Of a stretch of DNA of 64,000 nucleotides, positions 1-9,497 are shown piece by piece. Position numbers and translations under genes: made by a program. The first letter of the stretch is position 1, and each line of letters opens with the position of its first letter. This stretch comes from an uncultured candidatus Porisulfidus sp. (GTDB lineage Bacteria > Pseudomonadota > Gammaproteobacteria > Poriferisulfidales > Poriferisulfidaceae). The stretch covers positions 1,312,001 to 1,376,000 of the forward strand of contig OZ241993.1 of the NCBI GenBank assembly GCA_965204575.1, read 5' to 3'. A model generated the notes under the pieces. It had not been told where the DNA came from. It searched no databases and saw nothing but the letters and a program-made list of their open reading frames with translations.

Positions 1-317
1 GCGACCAGCATGGTGACCATCAGGGGGATGCTCATCCAGCGCGTGGCGAGGCCGACCAGCAGCAGGATACCGCCGAACAGTTCGGCCCACCCGGCGAGGG
101 CCGCCATCAGGGCCGGGAACGGCAGTTCCAGGCCGTATTCGAACCACTGCACGGTGCCGGCGTTCGGCAACAGGCTCGGAAGATCCAGTTTTCGGGATCC
201 CGCCTCGATGAAGATCGGGGCCAGGTACAGGCGCAGCAGCAGCGGCGGCAGGAAGTCAAGTGGCTGCAGCCGTTCGAGAGAGTGGTAGGCGCGGCAGGCG
301 CATTGGATCAGGCTCAT
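1..317 (-). CDS. DoxX-family membrane protein (3' end runs off the window)
   Basis: Manual translation from ATG at 317: MSLIQ...LDFLPPLLLRLYLAPIFIEAG...WFEYGLELPFPALMAALAGWAELFGGILLLVGLATRW, a typical DoxX pattern. Not in the ORF track because it has no stop in the window. Confidence 0.85.
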   Translation of the reverse strand, partial: MSLIQCACRAYHSLERLQPLDFLPPLLLRLYLAPIFIEAGSRKLDLPSLLPNAGTVQWFEYGLELPFPALMAALAGWAELFGGILLLVGLATRWMSIPLMVTMLV

Positions 318-378
318 GTCGGGGTCCTCGTTCGCAGGAGGGCGGCATCGGGTCCGGGTGCCGCCTGGCGGGCGGTTC

Positions 379-405
379 CCGGAGGGCTCGGACGGAGCCC
401 CCCGG
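379..405 (-). other. GC-rich 11-bp stem-loop between the precursor gene and DoxX (possible mRNA-stabilising or attenuating hairpin)
   Basis: CCGGAGGGCTC-ggacg-GAGCCCCCCGG. The single mismatch is a G-U pair in the minus-strand RNA. No U-tract. Confidence 0.4.
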
Positions 406-446
406 AAGTGGGGTTGCAGGCACGGTGCGTGCCTGGCAGTTTGGCT

Positions 447-779
447 TTATTCGCCTTCGCCTTCGGTCGCTTCGCCCTCGGAAGCTGCTTCGTCGGCATC
501 TCCGCCGCATTTGCCTTCACCGCACTTGCCTTCTTCAGCGCCTTCGCCTTCAGCCGGAGCCTCCCCTTCAGCTCCATCCTTGGCGTCCTCGCCGCATTTG
601 CCTTCACCGCACTTGCCTTCGCCGCAATTGCCTTCGCCACCATGCGACCCGGCGACCATGTGGCCCGAGGACAGTTCGGTCAGGCTGAAAGGATTGTCGG
701 CGGCGACAGCGCTGGAACACGCCAGTGCGCCCGTGATGCCCAAGGCCAGTGCGATGGGGCTTAGATCTTTCTGGTTCAT
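447..779 (-). CDS. HvfA-like EGKCG-repeat secreted RiPP/metallophore precursor (expected MNIO/DUF692 substrate)
   Basis: ATG 779 with AAGGAG RBS; Sec signal ending AVA-A; NPF motif; EGNCG plus four EGKCG repeats; acidic tail; adjacent DoxX. Confidence 0.85.
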   Translation of the reverse strand: MNQKDLSPIALALGITGALACSSAVAADNPFSLTELSSGHMVAGSHGGEGNCGEGKCGEGKCGEDAKDGAEGEAPAEGEGAEEGKCGEGKCGGDADEAASEGEATEGEGE

Positions 780-903
780 GTGTTTAGTACTCCTTGATGA
801 ATGGGGACAGAAATTATTGGTTCGATTGTAACAGACCATATGACAGAAAAGTTGCGCCTTGGTTTCCCCCCGGATCGGGGCGTTCTGTGTGGGTCGAATT
901 TGC

Positions 904-985
904 CTTCAGAGCCGCCGTTCGGGCCACTCGCACAGGTCGGAAATCCCGCATTCCGGACACTTCAGATTGCGTGCGGTGCAGGTAT
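904..985 (-). repeat. Displaced copy of the nth 3' end (att-like direct repeat, left boundary of the defence islet)
   Basis: 82 bp matching 9416-9497 with one mismatch (964 a vs 9476 g). Confidence 0.95.
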
Positions 986-1085
986 GGCAATCACGTACTT
1001 TCAACTCTGCGTGCCCGCCCAAGGATCGACGACGCCCACCCCCGCACCTTTAAAATCTCGTGCATTGTGCAAGATTAGAACGATA

Positions 1086-3899
1086 TTATCGGTGACGTTT
1101 CTTCTTGCGGGACTGCCGTTTCTTCGCTGCAGTTGCAAGAGACGAGGACATTTCCTCATAAAGTGTAAAAAGATGTTCGACGCGTTCGCGTTCGGAGTCA
1201 AATTTTTTTGCACGATATAGCCGGTCCACCGCGCGATCAAGCGTCTGATGTGCCCGGCGCAGGTTCGGCGGCATCAGATCGGGGTCGTAAAGGTTGGCCA
1301 GTGTCGCATCAGGATGTTCGGTCCGGGCATCCAGGACGGCCTGAGCCAAAGGTTCCAGTTTGGAGAGGCTGGCGCTTTTCTTTCTGAAAGCAGGTGGTGT
1401 CGGAAAAGTGTTGTAGACGACGCCAACTGAATACTGGTAGTCGCTTTTGAGACGCCCACCAATATAACGCATCCATGCCATGTGCATGGTGGAGGTGAGA
1501 AGCGCGAAATCAATAAGGGTTGCATCGGCCAACAGACGCAGTTTGTTGCTCGGAATGACGGGTGGCTCCAACCAGCCGGTCGGCACATACTTTCGCCGCT
1601 CAGAACTGACTTCGGGAATGACAAGAAAGGGATTGGCGGGGATGACGTTTACCTGCCAGAGTGTTGGCGTTTGGGACAGTTTCAGAGTGGATTTACGCTT
1701 ACTTTTTTCCCGAAACTTTCTGACGGAAACGATACGTTCTCGAGTGTGAGGCAGTTGCGCCAGAATTTTGGGGGAAGCGTCGTGTAAAGCCAAAATCCAT
1801 CGTTTGTCTCCCGACAAATATTCTTGTGCACCGACGAATGGCCGGAGCCAAGGTTCTGCCTTCGGTTCCATACCAAGAAATGTGGCTCGTTCTGTTGCAT
1901 CGAAAATGTAATGCCCACCGTCAATTGGTTGTGAGCCGGTAAGTAGTTGAGCCATACCGTTGATCGGAGTGCTTTCTTCCTTAACTACCAAGTGCGAATT
2001 GGAAAGCCTGCTGGCATCGAACAGGTAGGGAGACAACGCTGCATGGGCGCTTTCCTCCGGTTCATCGTTGCTGTCGGGATAGTTGAACAGGCGTTTTTCC
2101 GGTCGTGTGGCATCCCGCCGGTCAAGGCCGAGGATAATTACATGTACATGCGCCTTGCCGCGCGCGTCCGAGCCCCACGCGAAAGTTCGATGTGCGAATG
2201 CGATCTCCAGTTTGTGGCGATCGAACAGGATGGGCCACAGTTGTGCAACCTGTTCACCTTGCGTAAGTGAGTTGGTGGCTACGAAGCCGATTCTTGCTTC
2301 ACTGTTTCCCACATACTCGCCCGCCCGGATAAACCATGCAGCCACATAGTCGAGGGAGCCGCCACTCTTGCCAAGCGCTGCGATCCTGTGCACCTGGGCG
2401 CGTTGATCTGTCGTTTGCAACTTCGCCCCCGAGAAGGGGGGATTGCCGAACACGAAAGAACAATTCTCGGGTCGTAGCAGATCCGCCCATTCAATCTCCA
2501 GTGCATCTCCATGGAAGATATGCGGAGATTTCTCCAGCGGAATCCGGGTGTAGGTCTGGCCGAACTCTAGGCTTAGTTGGTTGTTCATGATGTGGTCCAT
2601 CATCCACAGCGCGGTTTCCGCGATGCGGACCGGGAACTCGCCAATCTCAATGCCGTAGAACTGATCGACATTCACTTTCGACAGATCCGCTGCAAACACT
2701 TTCATCTGCCTTTCGCCCTTCGATTTTGGGTATAACTCCCCCAGGACTTCCAGCTCAAGCAAGCGTAACTCCCGGTACGCGATGATCAGAAAATTGCCGC
2801 AGCCGCAGGCCGGATCGAAAAAAGTCAGAGAACCGAGTTTTTCCTGGAACTGTTTCAGTCCTGTGCGCCGGCCTCGGGATCTTCGCTTTTTCAGCCGATC
2901 GAATTCGGCACGCAGGTCGTCCATGAACAGCGGTTCAATGACCTTGAGAATGTTCTTCTCGGTCGTGTAATGCGCACCTTGGGCACGACGCTCAGACGAA
3001 TCCATGACCGATTGAAATAATGCCCCGAAGATAGCCGGTGAAATCTCCGACCAGTCGAACCGGGAGGCATCTAGCAACGCGCCGCGCATGGCCGCATCAA
3101 AAGCAGGGATGCGCAATGCTCCGTCGAACAATTCGCCATTGACGTAGGGGAACCGCGCGAGGTCCTCGTCGAGCGTGTTCTGGCGCCGGTCTTCCGGCGT
3201 GTCCAGCACTTGGAACAGTTGCGACAGCCACAAGCCGAGATCCGCCCCATCTTCGCCGGTGCGTGTCTCGATGAAGTCGAGGAAAATGTCACGCGGCTCG
3301 AAAATCCCGGTGTCGTCGGCAAACAGGCAGAACACGATTCGTACTAGGAACCGTTCCAGGTCGTGGCCGCGGTACCCAGCTTCGTGCAGCGCATCATGCA
3401 GCCGCCCAACCAGTTCGGCGGCCTTGATGTTAGCCGGGTCTTGATCGCGGAAAGTCCGACGCTGGCGGCCGCAGATGAAGCCGAAAGCCTCCACATGGTC
3501 GGGAAGCTCGGCAAGTGCGAAGGAGACGGTCTGGCGTTCGCTGAGGTCGTGAAGTTTGAAAGTCTGGAAATCGCTGACCAAGACATAGCGAGGATGATCG
3601 CGTTCAGGCAGGGCGAGCAGGTAGTCAAGCGCTTGGCTGTAGGCTTTCTCGAGATCGCGCCCGGCACTCTTCTGTTCCACGACCAGCATGCCGGGCCAGA
3701 ACAGGTCGATGAAGCCCGAGCGGTTGTCCAGTTTTGCGACATACGCTTCGTAGGTGGCAACCCGCCGTCTCCGAACGCCGAATATCTCGAAAAATTCGTT
3801 GTAGAAACTCTGCGTCTCGCTTTTCTCGTACCGGGCATCCTTCCACTCTTCGGCGAAGGCGGCGGCGCGGTTGCGCATCTCACTCCACGACAGGTGCAT
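1086..3899 (-). CDS. MmeI/YeeA-like type IIL restriction-modification enzyme (nuclease, N6-adenine MTase, TRD)
   Basis: 937 aa; N-terminal IDLFWPG..VEQKS nuclease motif; GAHYT, DPACGCGNF (SAM binding) and GNPPF motifs; C-terminal LANLYDPDLMP. Confidence 0.9.
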   Translation of the reverse strand: MHLSWSEMRNRAAAFAEEWKDARYEKSETQSFYNEFFEIFGVRRRRVATYEAYVAKLDNRSGFIDLFWPGMLVVEQKSAGRDLEKAYSQALDYLLALPERDHPRYVLVSDFQTFKLHDLSERQTVSFALAELPDHVEAFGFICGRQRRTFRDQDPANIKAAELVGRLHDALHEAGYRGHDLERFLVRIVFCLFADDTGIFEPRDIFLDFIETRTGEDGADLGLWLSQLFQVLDTPEDRRQNTLDEDLARFPYVNGELFDGALRIPAFDAAMRGALLDASRFDWSEISPAIFGALFQSVMDSSERRAQGAHYTTEKNILKVIEPLFMDDLRAEFDRLKKRRSRGRRTGLKQFQEKLGSLTFFDPACGCGNFLIIAYRELRLLELEVLGELYPKSKGERQMKVFAADLSKVNVDQFYGIEIGEFPVRIAETALWMMDHIMNNQLSLEFGQTYTRIPLEKSPHIFHGDALEIEWADLLRPENCSFVFGNPPFSGAKLQTTDQRAQVHRIAALGKSGGSLDYVAAWFIRAGEYVGNSEARIGFVATNSLTQGEQVAQLWPILFDRHKLEIAFAHRTFAWGSDARGKAHVHVIILGLDRRDATRPEKRLFNYPDSNDEPEESAHAALSPYLFDASRLSNSHLVVKEESTPINGMAQLLTGSQPIDGGHYIFDATERATFLGMEPKAEPWLRPFVGAQEYLSGDKRWILALHDASPKILAQLPHTRERIVSVRKFREKSKRKSTLKLSQTPTLWQVNVIPANPFLVIPEVSSERRKYVPTGWLEPPVIPSNKLRLLADATLIDFALLTSTMHMAWMRYIGGRLKSDYQYSVGVVYNTFPTPPAFRKKSASLSKLEPLAQAVLDARTEHPDATLANLYDPDLMPPNLRRAHQTLDRAVDRLYRAKKFDSERERVEHLFTLYEEMSSSLATAAKKRQSRKKKRHR

Positions 3900-3972
3900 C
3901 AGTTCACGTCTCCTTACTGCTCAGCCTGCACCTGTTTGGGTCTGCCAATGCATGTTTTCTGAATCCACGCGA

Positions 3973-6900
3973 TCATTTTATGGTCCGACTCTCTTTCTCT
4001 CCCTTGAGAGATCCGTGCGAGGTATCGGATTCTATGGCATGCGAGCCTTCCTTGCCGACATCAATGACACAGATGGAAATCTTCCGGGCCTCGCTTTCCG
4101 ATAGTGTGGACCTCAATTGTTGTTTCAGGCTTTCCGGGTCGGCAGGATAGGGGCCGAAGGGTGGCGGTTGCGTTTTATCCTTACCGAACCACAGTACCAA
4201 GTAGATGCCATATCCGCCCGTGTACGGATCAATGACATATTTCTGGATTAATTGGGTTTTTACCGCGCTCCACAGATCAGTATGGCCGTTTTTCTTAATT
4301 TCAATCGGCACATTGAAGCCTTGATAAGAAACTCGTATGTCGGCTCGCTTGTTACGAGTGTAATTTCCTTCGCGCTGGAGGTCGATGTTTTGAGGGAGGC
4401 GCTTGTCAAGGCTGTCAAGTATTGCGTCCCGGCAGGAGTTCTCGTGCTTGGGGCTCGTGGGTTTCCCGTGTCTGTCTTCGTTCCAATGTTGGCGCCAGCC
4501 ATCCGCACTGCCGCGACTGGCCTGTGCGCCAATTTCATTGAGACGATCTGTCAAAAGAGCGCAAAGGTCGCCGGCATTGGTTGGCAGACCGCCGTCTAAT
4601 GTTTGACAGATTTGGTCGATGCTCGGGGGGCAGTATTCCGCGTCACGGAGAGTGATTTGCTGCCCTTCTGACGTCTGCTGTAATATGTCGTGCCAGGCTA
4701 AAAGCGCTGAGTCGTCCAGTAGTTTACTCAGGGTTTCGCTTGCGCTGTGAGTGGGGGAGGCAGCAAGGCTCCGGATGTGCTGGTGGACCAGTTCGGAGGC
4801 TTCCATTTGTGCTGTCACGGGGCCACTCTCCCCTGTGAACATGAGGCCGGGGGCGATGTGTCTCCCGACGAGGGAAACCGCGATCTCCGATACCGGCGTG
4901 GACCATCTTTCGGAATCAATGGGCAAGGGGTCGTCCCGACGAAGGAATTCGGCGAGATGCCGGGTTCTGCCTGGCTGGTCAAGTACAAAATCCTGCAGTG
5001 GCCTGCTGAACTCCTCTGGAGTCTTGACGCTGCCGGCAGCTAACCAGTACACCCGTTGGCCAACGGTGGTGCTGCTCTGGGACATTTTATTCCTGACCAA
5101 GCTTAGGAATGAATCTTTCTCGGTGTGCTGGATGGCGGCCCATAGGAGATGGCCCAAGAGATTCAACTGTTCTTTCTTGCATCGAGTCGGGAAGGCTCGC
5201 AGCAAGGGCAGGCAGACCTGTTCCGCCACTTGCGCGTGGTTTTTCTTGTGTGCCAATTCCCAGAGTTTATAGATGTGTTCTTGGCCTCTCCGGATTTCGG
5301 GGATGGCGAAGCGAATCTGCATGTCGGCCACGGCCTCAGGACAGGTCTCAAGCAGGTTCTCGTACCACCAGGGCTGGTAGACTCCATGGGGGGTGGTGTA
5401 GTAGAACAACAGCGCTTTGTGTCTCCGGTCCTCGTCCCATTGAGCCGGATTTTTCGATTCCGCTTTTTCGATTTCCGCCAGAGCGGCAAGGAAAGGGATG
5501 CTGAACAGGGAAGTCTTGCCTTCTTCCCGCAGGGCAAGAATTTTCTCGATATTCGGAATGTCTTTCCGGTCGATTACTTGGCGAAGTCCTTGGAGCACGG
5601 AGTCGGTCAAGCCAGCATCGCCCTGCAGGCGTTCCTGAATGGCCTGTGGCCTCCCCTCTTTCTCGTTGAAAAAACGGTCGAAATATACGTACGCCATATG
5701 GAAAAGCAGGTTCGGGCTCGCACGATTTTCTCGGAATTCGGTTTCGTTGGCACGGACTTGAATCAGCAGTTCGTCTTTCGCCGGACTGTGCTTTTTCCGT
5801 ACAGGGCGAGGCCGCGTGCGTTTGATTTCCGGTGGCGGAGCCATAATCTTCCGCAGCGTTTCATTGGTTTCGGCATGTACCTCCAGCATCGCGAGCGACA
5901 AGCCTTTGTTGCCCACTTGGGTTTTCTGCGCATGTACAGCCTGCTCCAGCAGATATTGCTCGGCGGGACTCCCGGGAGTTGCCATGGAGACGGCTTCGTT
6001 CAGACACCAGAGTCCAAAGTCGGGAGGCACATCCGAGCCATACCAGCGTTCCCCGAAATCCTGGTAGATTTCGTAGGCGCCGGAGTTTGAATGCCGTTTC
6101 AATCCTTCCCGGATGATGGCTTTCTGGACGTCTGGATGTTGCTCAAGCCAGGAACGTATGAAATCGAATGGTTTCACGTCCCACGAACTAAAAGCTGAAC
6201 CCATGCCAAGCCAGTCATAAAGGAGTTCTGTGTCGAGGTTGTCTCCATGTACTTGAAGGTGGCGGGCCAACAGTTTTGCCGGGAGACATCCCAGATCGTG
6301 GTGTTCCAAGGCTAGACGCAATGCAGTGAATCGCTTGGCCAGGTGATTCAGGAGGGCGAGAATCTGGTCGTCCGAGGATTTGTGGCAGAGGTCGGTTTCC
6401 CAGAACCGGGCGTATCGCCCGAGCAGATTTCCGTTGCCGCCCGTGGTCAGGTGGTCGAACACCTCCGAAGGTGGCAGGCTTTCCGGGTAGAGTTTGGCCA
6501 GCAGGGTTCCGAGTAGCTCGTAATCGGGGTCGGAGAGAGTTCCTTGGCGGATGTCCGCCAACAATGTCCTGAGTTCGTTTACCGAATTGCCAGGGTCGGA
6601 GCAGTAGATGAAGGCATCCAGTGCTCGCACGTTGATGTACGGCCATCGCGTCTCGTCGCGTACGATCTCGTGCAGGTTCTCACATAGGCCCGGAAGGGCT
6701 TGGCCATGGGGCAGAAAGCCCAAGATGAAGCCGGTGAATTCCTGATCTTCTTTATCTCGCGAGGGAGATGTTAATATGCGGTTGATTTCAGATTCTAGGC
6801 GGGGTGTAGCAAGGGCCCCAAAAGCTGATTCACCCCACCGTGTGTTGTTGCTAAGATTGGTTCTGAGACCGAGAGACTTCAGAAGGGTGCGTTTGTTCCC

Positions 6901-8049
6901 AAGCGAATATCTGCTGATATCTCCATATCGTCCCACGCCAACAGGGTCGCGCTCTATAAGATCAATCCGAGCTTCGGCGCTTTGGGCGGCAAGCCATGCG
7001 GACAGGCCCCTCAATTCTGTGACAACATTTCCATCCCATCCGGTCATCAAGGAGAGTATGCGCTGTACTGGCAACCCATCGGAAATAACTTGGGAAAGAT
7101 ATCTGGCTCCGACAAATTCGGCAATATGGCGGTGGATGGGGACGACGTAACCCCCAAGGTTTGTAAACAGTTTGGTTTTGATAGCTTGTTCAGCCTGCTG
7201 AATGTCGCCGCCGCACTGGTCGACCGGAGGCCAACCGGTCGTAGCCTGACTCGCATACTGCGCATATCCGGAGATGCCGGAGATTAATTGAATGGCGCCC
7301 AGGTGCCCGGCGGCTTCCAGGAGTCCGGAGAGGTCTTGCGCAGGAGCGGCATGCACATGCTCTTCGTTGTGCTCTTGAGCCATTCGCAGACAGGCCCGCT
7401 CGAAAATTTCCGTACGGCTTTTCGGCCAGTGTCCCTCGGGCGCAACCGTTTCGGCCAGCATATTAAGTATGAGCGGGTTCCGGAGCAATTCCTCGATGCC
7501 ATGTCGCTTTGCCTCCTTGATGAAATGCTGAAAATCAATGTCGGTATTTTCCGAAGCTTCCAGTATTTGTTCAATATTTGAATCACTCAGTTTGTCGAGT
7601 GACAACACCGTCACCTTGCCCCCCGGCACAACTTTCTCTAGATGCCTTTTATCGTTCACCCCGAGCCAGTCGGCAGCCCGGCACGAAAGACGGAGATACG
7701 GTGGATGAAGTTTATCCAAACGTTGCCGGAGTTGATCAAAAGGAGCAATCGCATTTGGTCCGCTGGCACGAATTTCATCGAGACCATCGATAAACAGGGT
7801 TTTGTGCTGCCATTCAGGGTGTTTGTTTTCGTCGAGGGCAAGGAACTCGCGGGCCGTGACCAGACAGGCGCGATCCCCTAGGGCGTTATGCTCAGATTCA
7901 AATGCGGTCGTTTTCCCGGCTCCCGGGTCTCCCAGCAGCACGTATGCGGGCACTTCTCGAAAGTCTTCCAAGGGTCGGGATGCCTTGGCGTGACCCCGCT
8001 CGGGTTTGCGTGAGATTTCAGTGCAGGTTCGGGAGACAAGAATCTTCAT
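3973..8049 (-). CDS. Large NACHT/STAND NTPase with C-terminal PD-(D/E)xK-like nuclease domain; putative antiphage protein
   Basis: Walker A LLGDPGAGKT, Walker B LFIDGLDE, LSCR, NPL and HRHIAEF motifs; C-terminal RE...RADI...PIEIK. ATG 8049 overlaps the upstream stop (ATGA). Confidence 0.75.
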   Translation of the reverse strand: MKILVSRTCTEISRKPERGHAKASRPLEDFREVPAYVLLGDPGAGKTTAFESEHNALGDRACLVTAREFLALDENKHPEWQHKTLFIDGLDEIRASGPNAIAPFDQLRQRLDKLHPPYLRLSCRAADWLGVNDKRHLEKVVPGGKVTVLSLDKLSDSNIEQILEASENTDIDFQHFIKEAKRHGIEELLRNPLILNMLAETVAPEGHWPKSRTEIFERACLRMAQEHNEEHVHAAPAQDLSGLLEAAGHLGAIQLISGISGYAQYASQATTGWPPVDQCGGDIQQAEQAIKTKLFTNLGGYVVPIHRHIAEFVGARYLSQVISDGLPVQRILSLMTGWDGNVVTELRGLSAWLAAQSAEARIDLIERDPVGVGRYGDISRYSLGNKRTLLKSLGLRTNLSNNTRWGESAFGALATPRLESEINRILTSPSRDKEDQEFTGFILGFLPHGQALPGLCENLHEIVRDETRWPYINVRALDAFIYCSDPGNSVNELRTLLADIRQGTLSDPDYELLGTLLAKLYPESLPPSEVFDHLTTGGNGNLLGRYARFWETDLCHKSSDDQILALLNHLAKRFTALRLALEHHDLGCLPAKLLARHLQVHGDNLDTELLYDWLGMGSAFSSWDVKPFDFIRSWLEQHPDVQKAIIREGLKRHSNSGAYEIYQDFGERWYGSDVPPDFGLWCLNEAVSMATPGSPAEQYLLEQAVHAQKTQVGNKGLSLAMLEVHAETNETLRKIMAPPPEIKRTRPRPVRKKHSPAKDELLIQVRANETEFRENRASPNLLFHMAYVYFDRFFNEKEGRPQAIQERLQGDAGLTDSVLQGLRQVIDRKDIPNIEKILALREEGKTSLFSIPFLAALAEIEKAESKNPAQWDEDRRHKALLFYYTTPHGVYQPWWYENLLETCPEAVADMQIRFAIPEIRRGQEHIYKLWELAHKKNHAQVAEQVCLPLLRAFPTRCKKEQLNLLGHLLWAAIQHTEKDSFLSLVRNKMSQSSTTVGQRVYWLAAGSVKTPEEFSRPLQDFVLDQPGRTRHLAEFLRRDDPLPIDSERWSTPVSEIAVSLVGRHIAPGLMFTGESGPVTAQMEASELVHQHIRSLAASPTHSASETLSKLLDDSALLAWHDILQQTSEGQQITLRDAEYCPPSIDQICQTLDGGLPTNAGDLCALLTDRLNEIGAQASRGSADGWRQHWNEDRHGKPTSPKHENSCRDAILDSLDKRLPQNIDLQREGNYTRNKRADIRVSYQGFNVPIEIKKNGHTDLWSAVKTQLIQKYVIDPYTGGYGIYLVLWFGKDKTQPPPFGPYPADPESLKQQLRSTLSESEARKISICVIDVGKEGSHAIESDTSHGSLKGEKESRTIK

Positions 8050-9308
8050 GCTTCCTCGAACCACTGATGGGCGGGGAGAGTCAGGAATTCATTGGTCGGG
8101 ATATCGTTTTTTCCGACGATCATGGTTCGTGCGGATTTGAATTTCTCCTGAAAAGCCTCCAGGCCTTGCAAGGAGGCTTTCTTCCGGCCGCTTTTCACCT
8201 CAATCGCGACAATCCGGGAGCCGCGCTGCAGGACATAATCGACTTCATGGGGGGGCTCGCGCCAGTAATGGAGGCGCATGTCGGAGGTCATGGTGTTGAA
8301 CAAGTGTGCCCCGATTGCGCTTTCGGTCAGGTGCCCCCAGAAAGTCCGGTCCGCCTGTGCTTCCTCGAAAGAATACCTCGAACCGGCGGTCATCAAGGCC
8401 GTGTTCAGGACGTTGAGTTTGGGGCTTGATGCCCGGGTGCGGTGGAAGGACCCGTAATATTTAGGCAGTCCGGCAAGCAGGCGGGTCTGCGCAAGCAGGT
8501 CCAGGTAGCGCGCCAAAGTGGTCGTGTTACCCGCATCTTGGAGTTGCCCCAGCAGCTTGGTGTACGACATGATTTGCCCGGAATAGCCGGTGCCCAGTTC
8601 AAAGAGCTGCTTCAGCAGTGCGGGTTTGTCCACACGGTTCATCGAGAAAATGTCGCGCTCGATGTTGGTTGCGATGATGGTCCTGAGGATATATTCGCGC
8701 CATCGTTCCTGCTCCCGGCAGAAGCGGGTGGCACCAGGATAGCCGCCGAAATAGAGGTATTGAGGAAGGTCGAAGCCGAATGCCCGGGACATTTCCCCGA
8801 ACGACCAGTGGCGGACATCGAGGGGCTCAAAACGTCCGGCCAGGGTTTCCGTCAGTCCCGATTGCATGAGCAGCGGGGACGAGCCGAGGATGACGACGTG
8901 CAGAGGACAGTTCTCTATCCGGTCGGCATCCCACAAACCCTTGACGGTTTCCGACCACTGAGGGATTTTCTGAATCTCGTCGAGCACGAGCACGAATCCC
9001 TGGTCATGTCTCTTCGCTTCCTGCCGGGTCTGCTCCCAGTTTTGCACTAGCCCGTGGATGTCCAGCGGTCGGGGGTCGTCGAAATCAGACTCGTTGGCGT
9101 CGGGGAAAATCGAAGGCATGGCGGAGCCAGGCCGATCAACTGCGACATAACGGCTTCCCCATCCTGCTTTCTGGAGAATTTCGAGGGCCTGGAGCACAAT
9201 GGTGGTCTTGCCGGACTGGCGGGGTCCAGACAAGGTGATCAGGTGATGGGGGTCTTCGGCAAGCCTGTTGACCAGCACGTCCACCTGGGGGCGTCGGTAT
9301 TCGTCCAT
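8046..9308 (-). CDS. AAA_14 ATPase with DUF4143 domain
   Basis: GPRQSGKTT, LDEIQK, LGSS, LAGR, GGYP; C-terminal EVDYV...AIEVKSG. Confidence 0.9.
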   Translation of the reverse strand: MDEYRRPQVDVLVNRLAEDPHHLITLSGPRQSGKTTIVLQALEILQKAGWGSRYVAVDRPGSAMPSIFPDANESDFDDPRPLDIHGLVQNWEQTRQEAKRHDQGFVLVLDEIQKIPQWSETVKGLWDADRIENCPLHVVILGSSPLLMQSGLTETLAGRFEPLDVRHWSFGEMSRAFGFDLPQYLYFGGYPGATRFCREQERWREYILRTIIATNIERDIFSMNRVDKPALLKQLFELGTGYSGQIMSYTKLLGQLQDAGNTTTLARYLDLLAQTRLLAGLPKYYGSFHRTRASSPKLNVLNTALMTAGSRYSFEEAQADRTFWGHLTESAIGAHLFNTMTSDMRLHYWREPPHEVDYVLQRGSRIVAIEVKSGRKKASLQGLEAFQEKFKSARTMIVGKNDIPTNEFLTLPAHQWFEEA

Positions 9309-9323
9309 AGAGAATTATTTTAC

Positions 9324-9349
9324 TATATTGAGTAAATTTACTCAATATA
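9324..9349. promoter_or_regulatory. Perfect 26-bp palindrome (putative operator) upstream of the islet operon
   Basis: TATATTGAGTAAA|TTTACTCAATATA in an AT-rich promoter region, 15 bp from the ATG at 9308. Confidence 0.6.
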
Positions 9350-9415
9350 AATAGTTGTACCAGTATTATATTGTTTTTACACTATATTATGTAGAATTCA
9401 TAAAGCAATCTATGG

Positions 9416-9497
9416 CTTCAGAGCCGCCGTTCGGGCCACTCGCACAGGTCGGAAATCCCGCATTCCGGACACTTCGGATTGCGTGCGGTGCAGGTAT
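9416..9497 (-). repeat. nth 3' end (right boundary direct repeat of the islet)
   Basis: Matches 904-985. Confidence 0.95.

Larger units (their letters stand above)
986..9415. mobile_element. Defence islet inserted at the nth 3' end
   Basis: Bounded by 82-bp direct repeats; visibly more AT-rich than the flanks; three defence-type genes; no integrase seen. Confidence 0.75.

Noticed and set aside
447-779. Link between the EGKCG precursor and the six-Cys mini-protein family
   Set aside because: Different motifs, 30 kb apart, no shared sequence.
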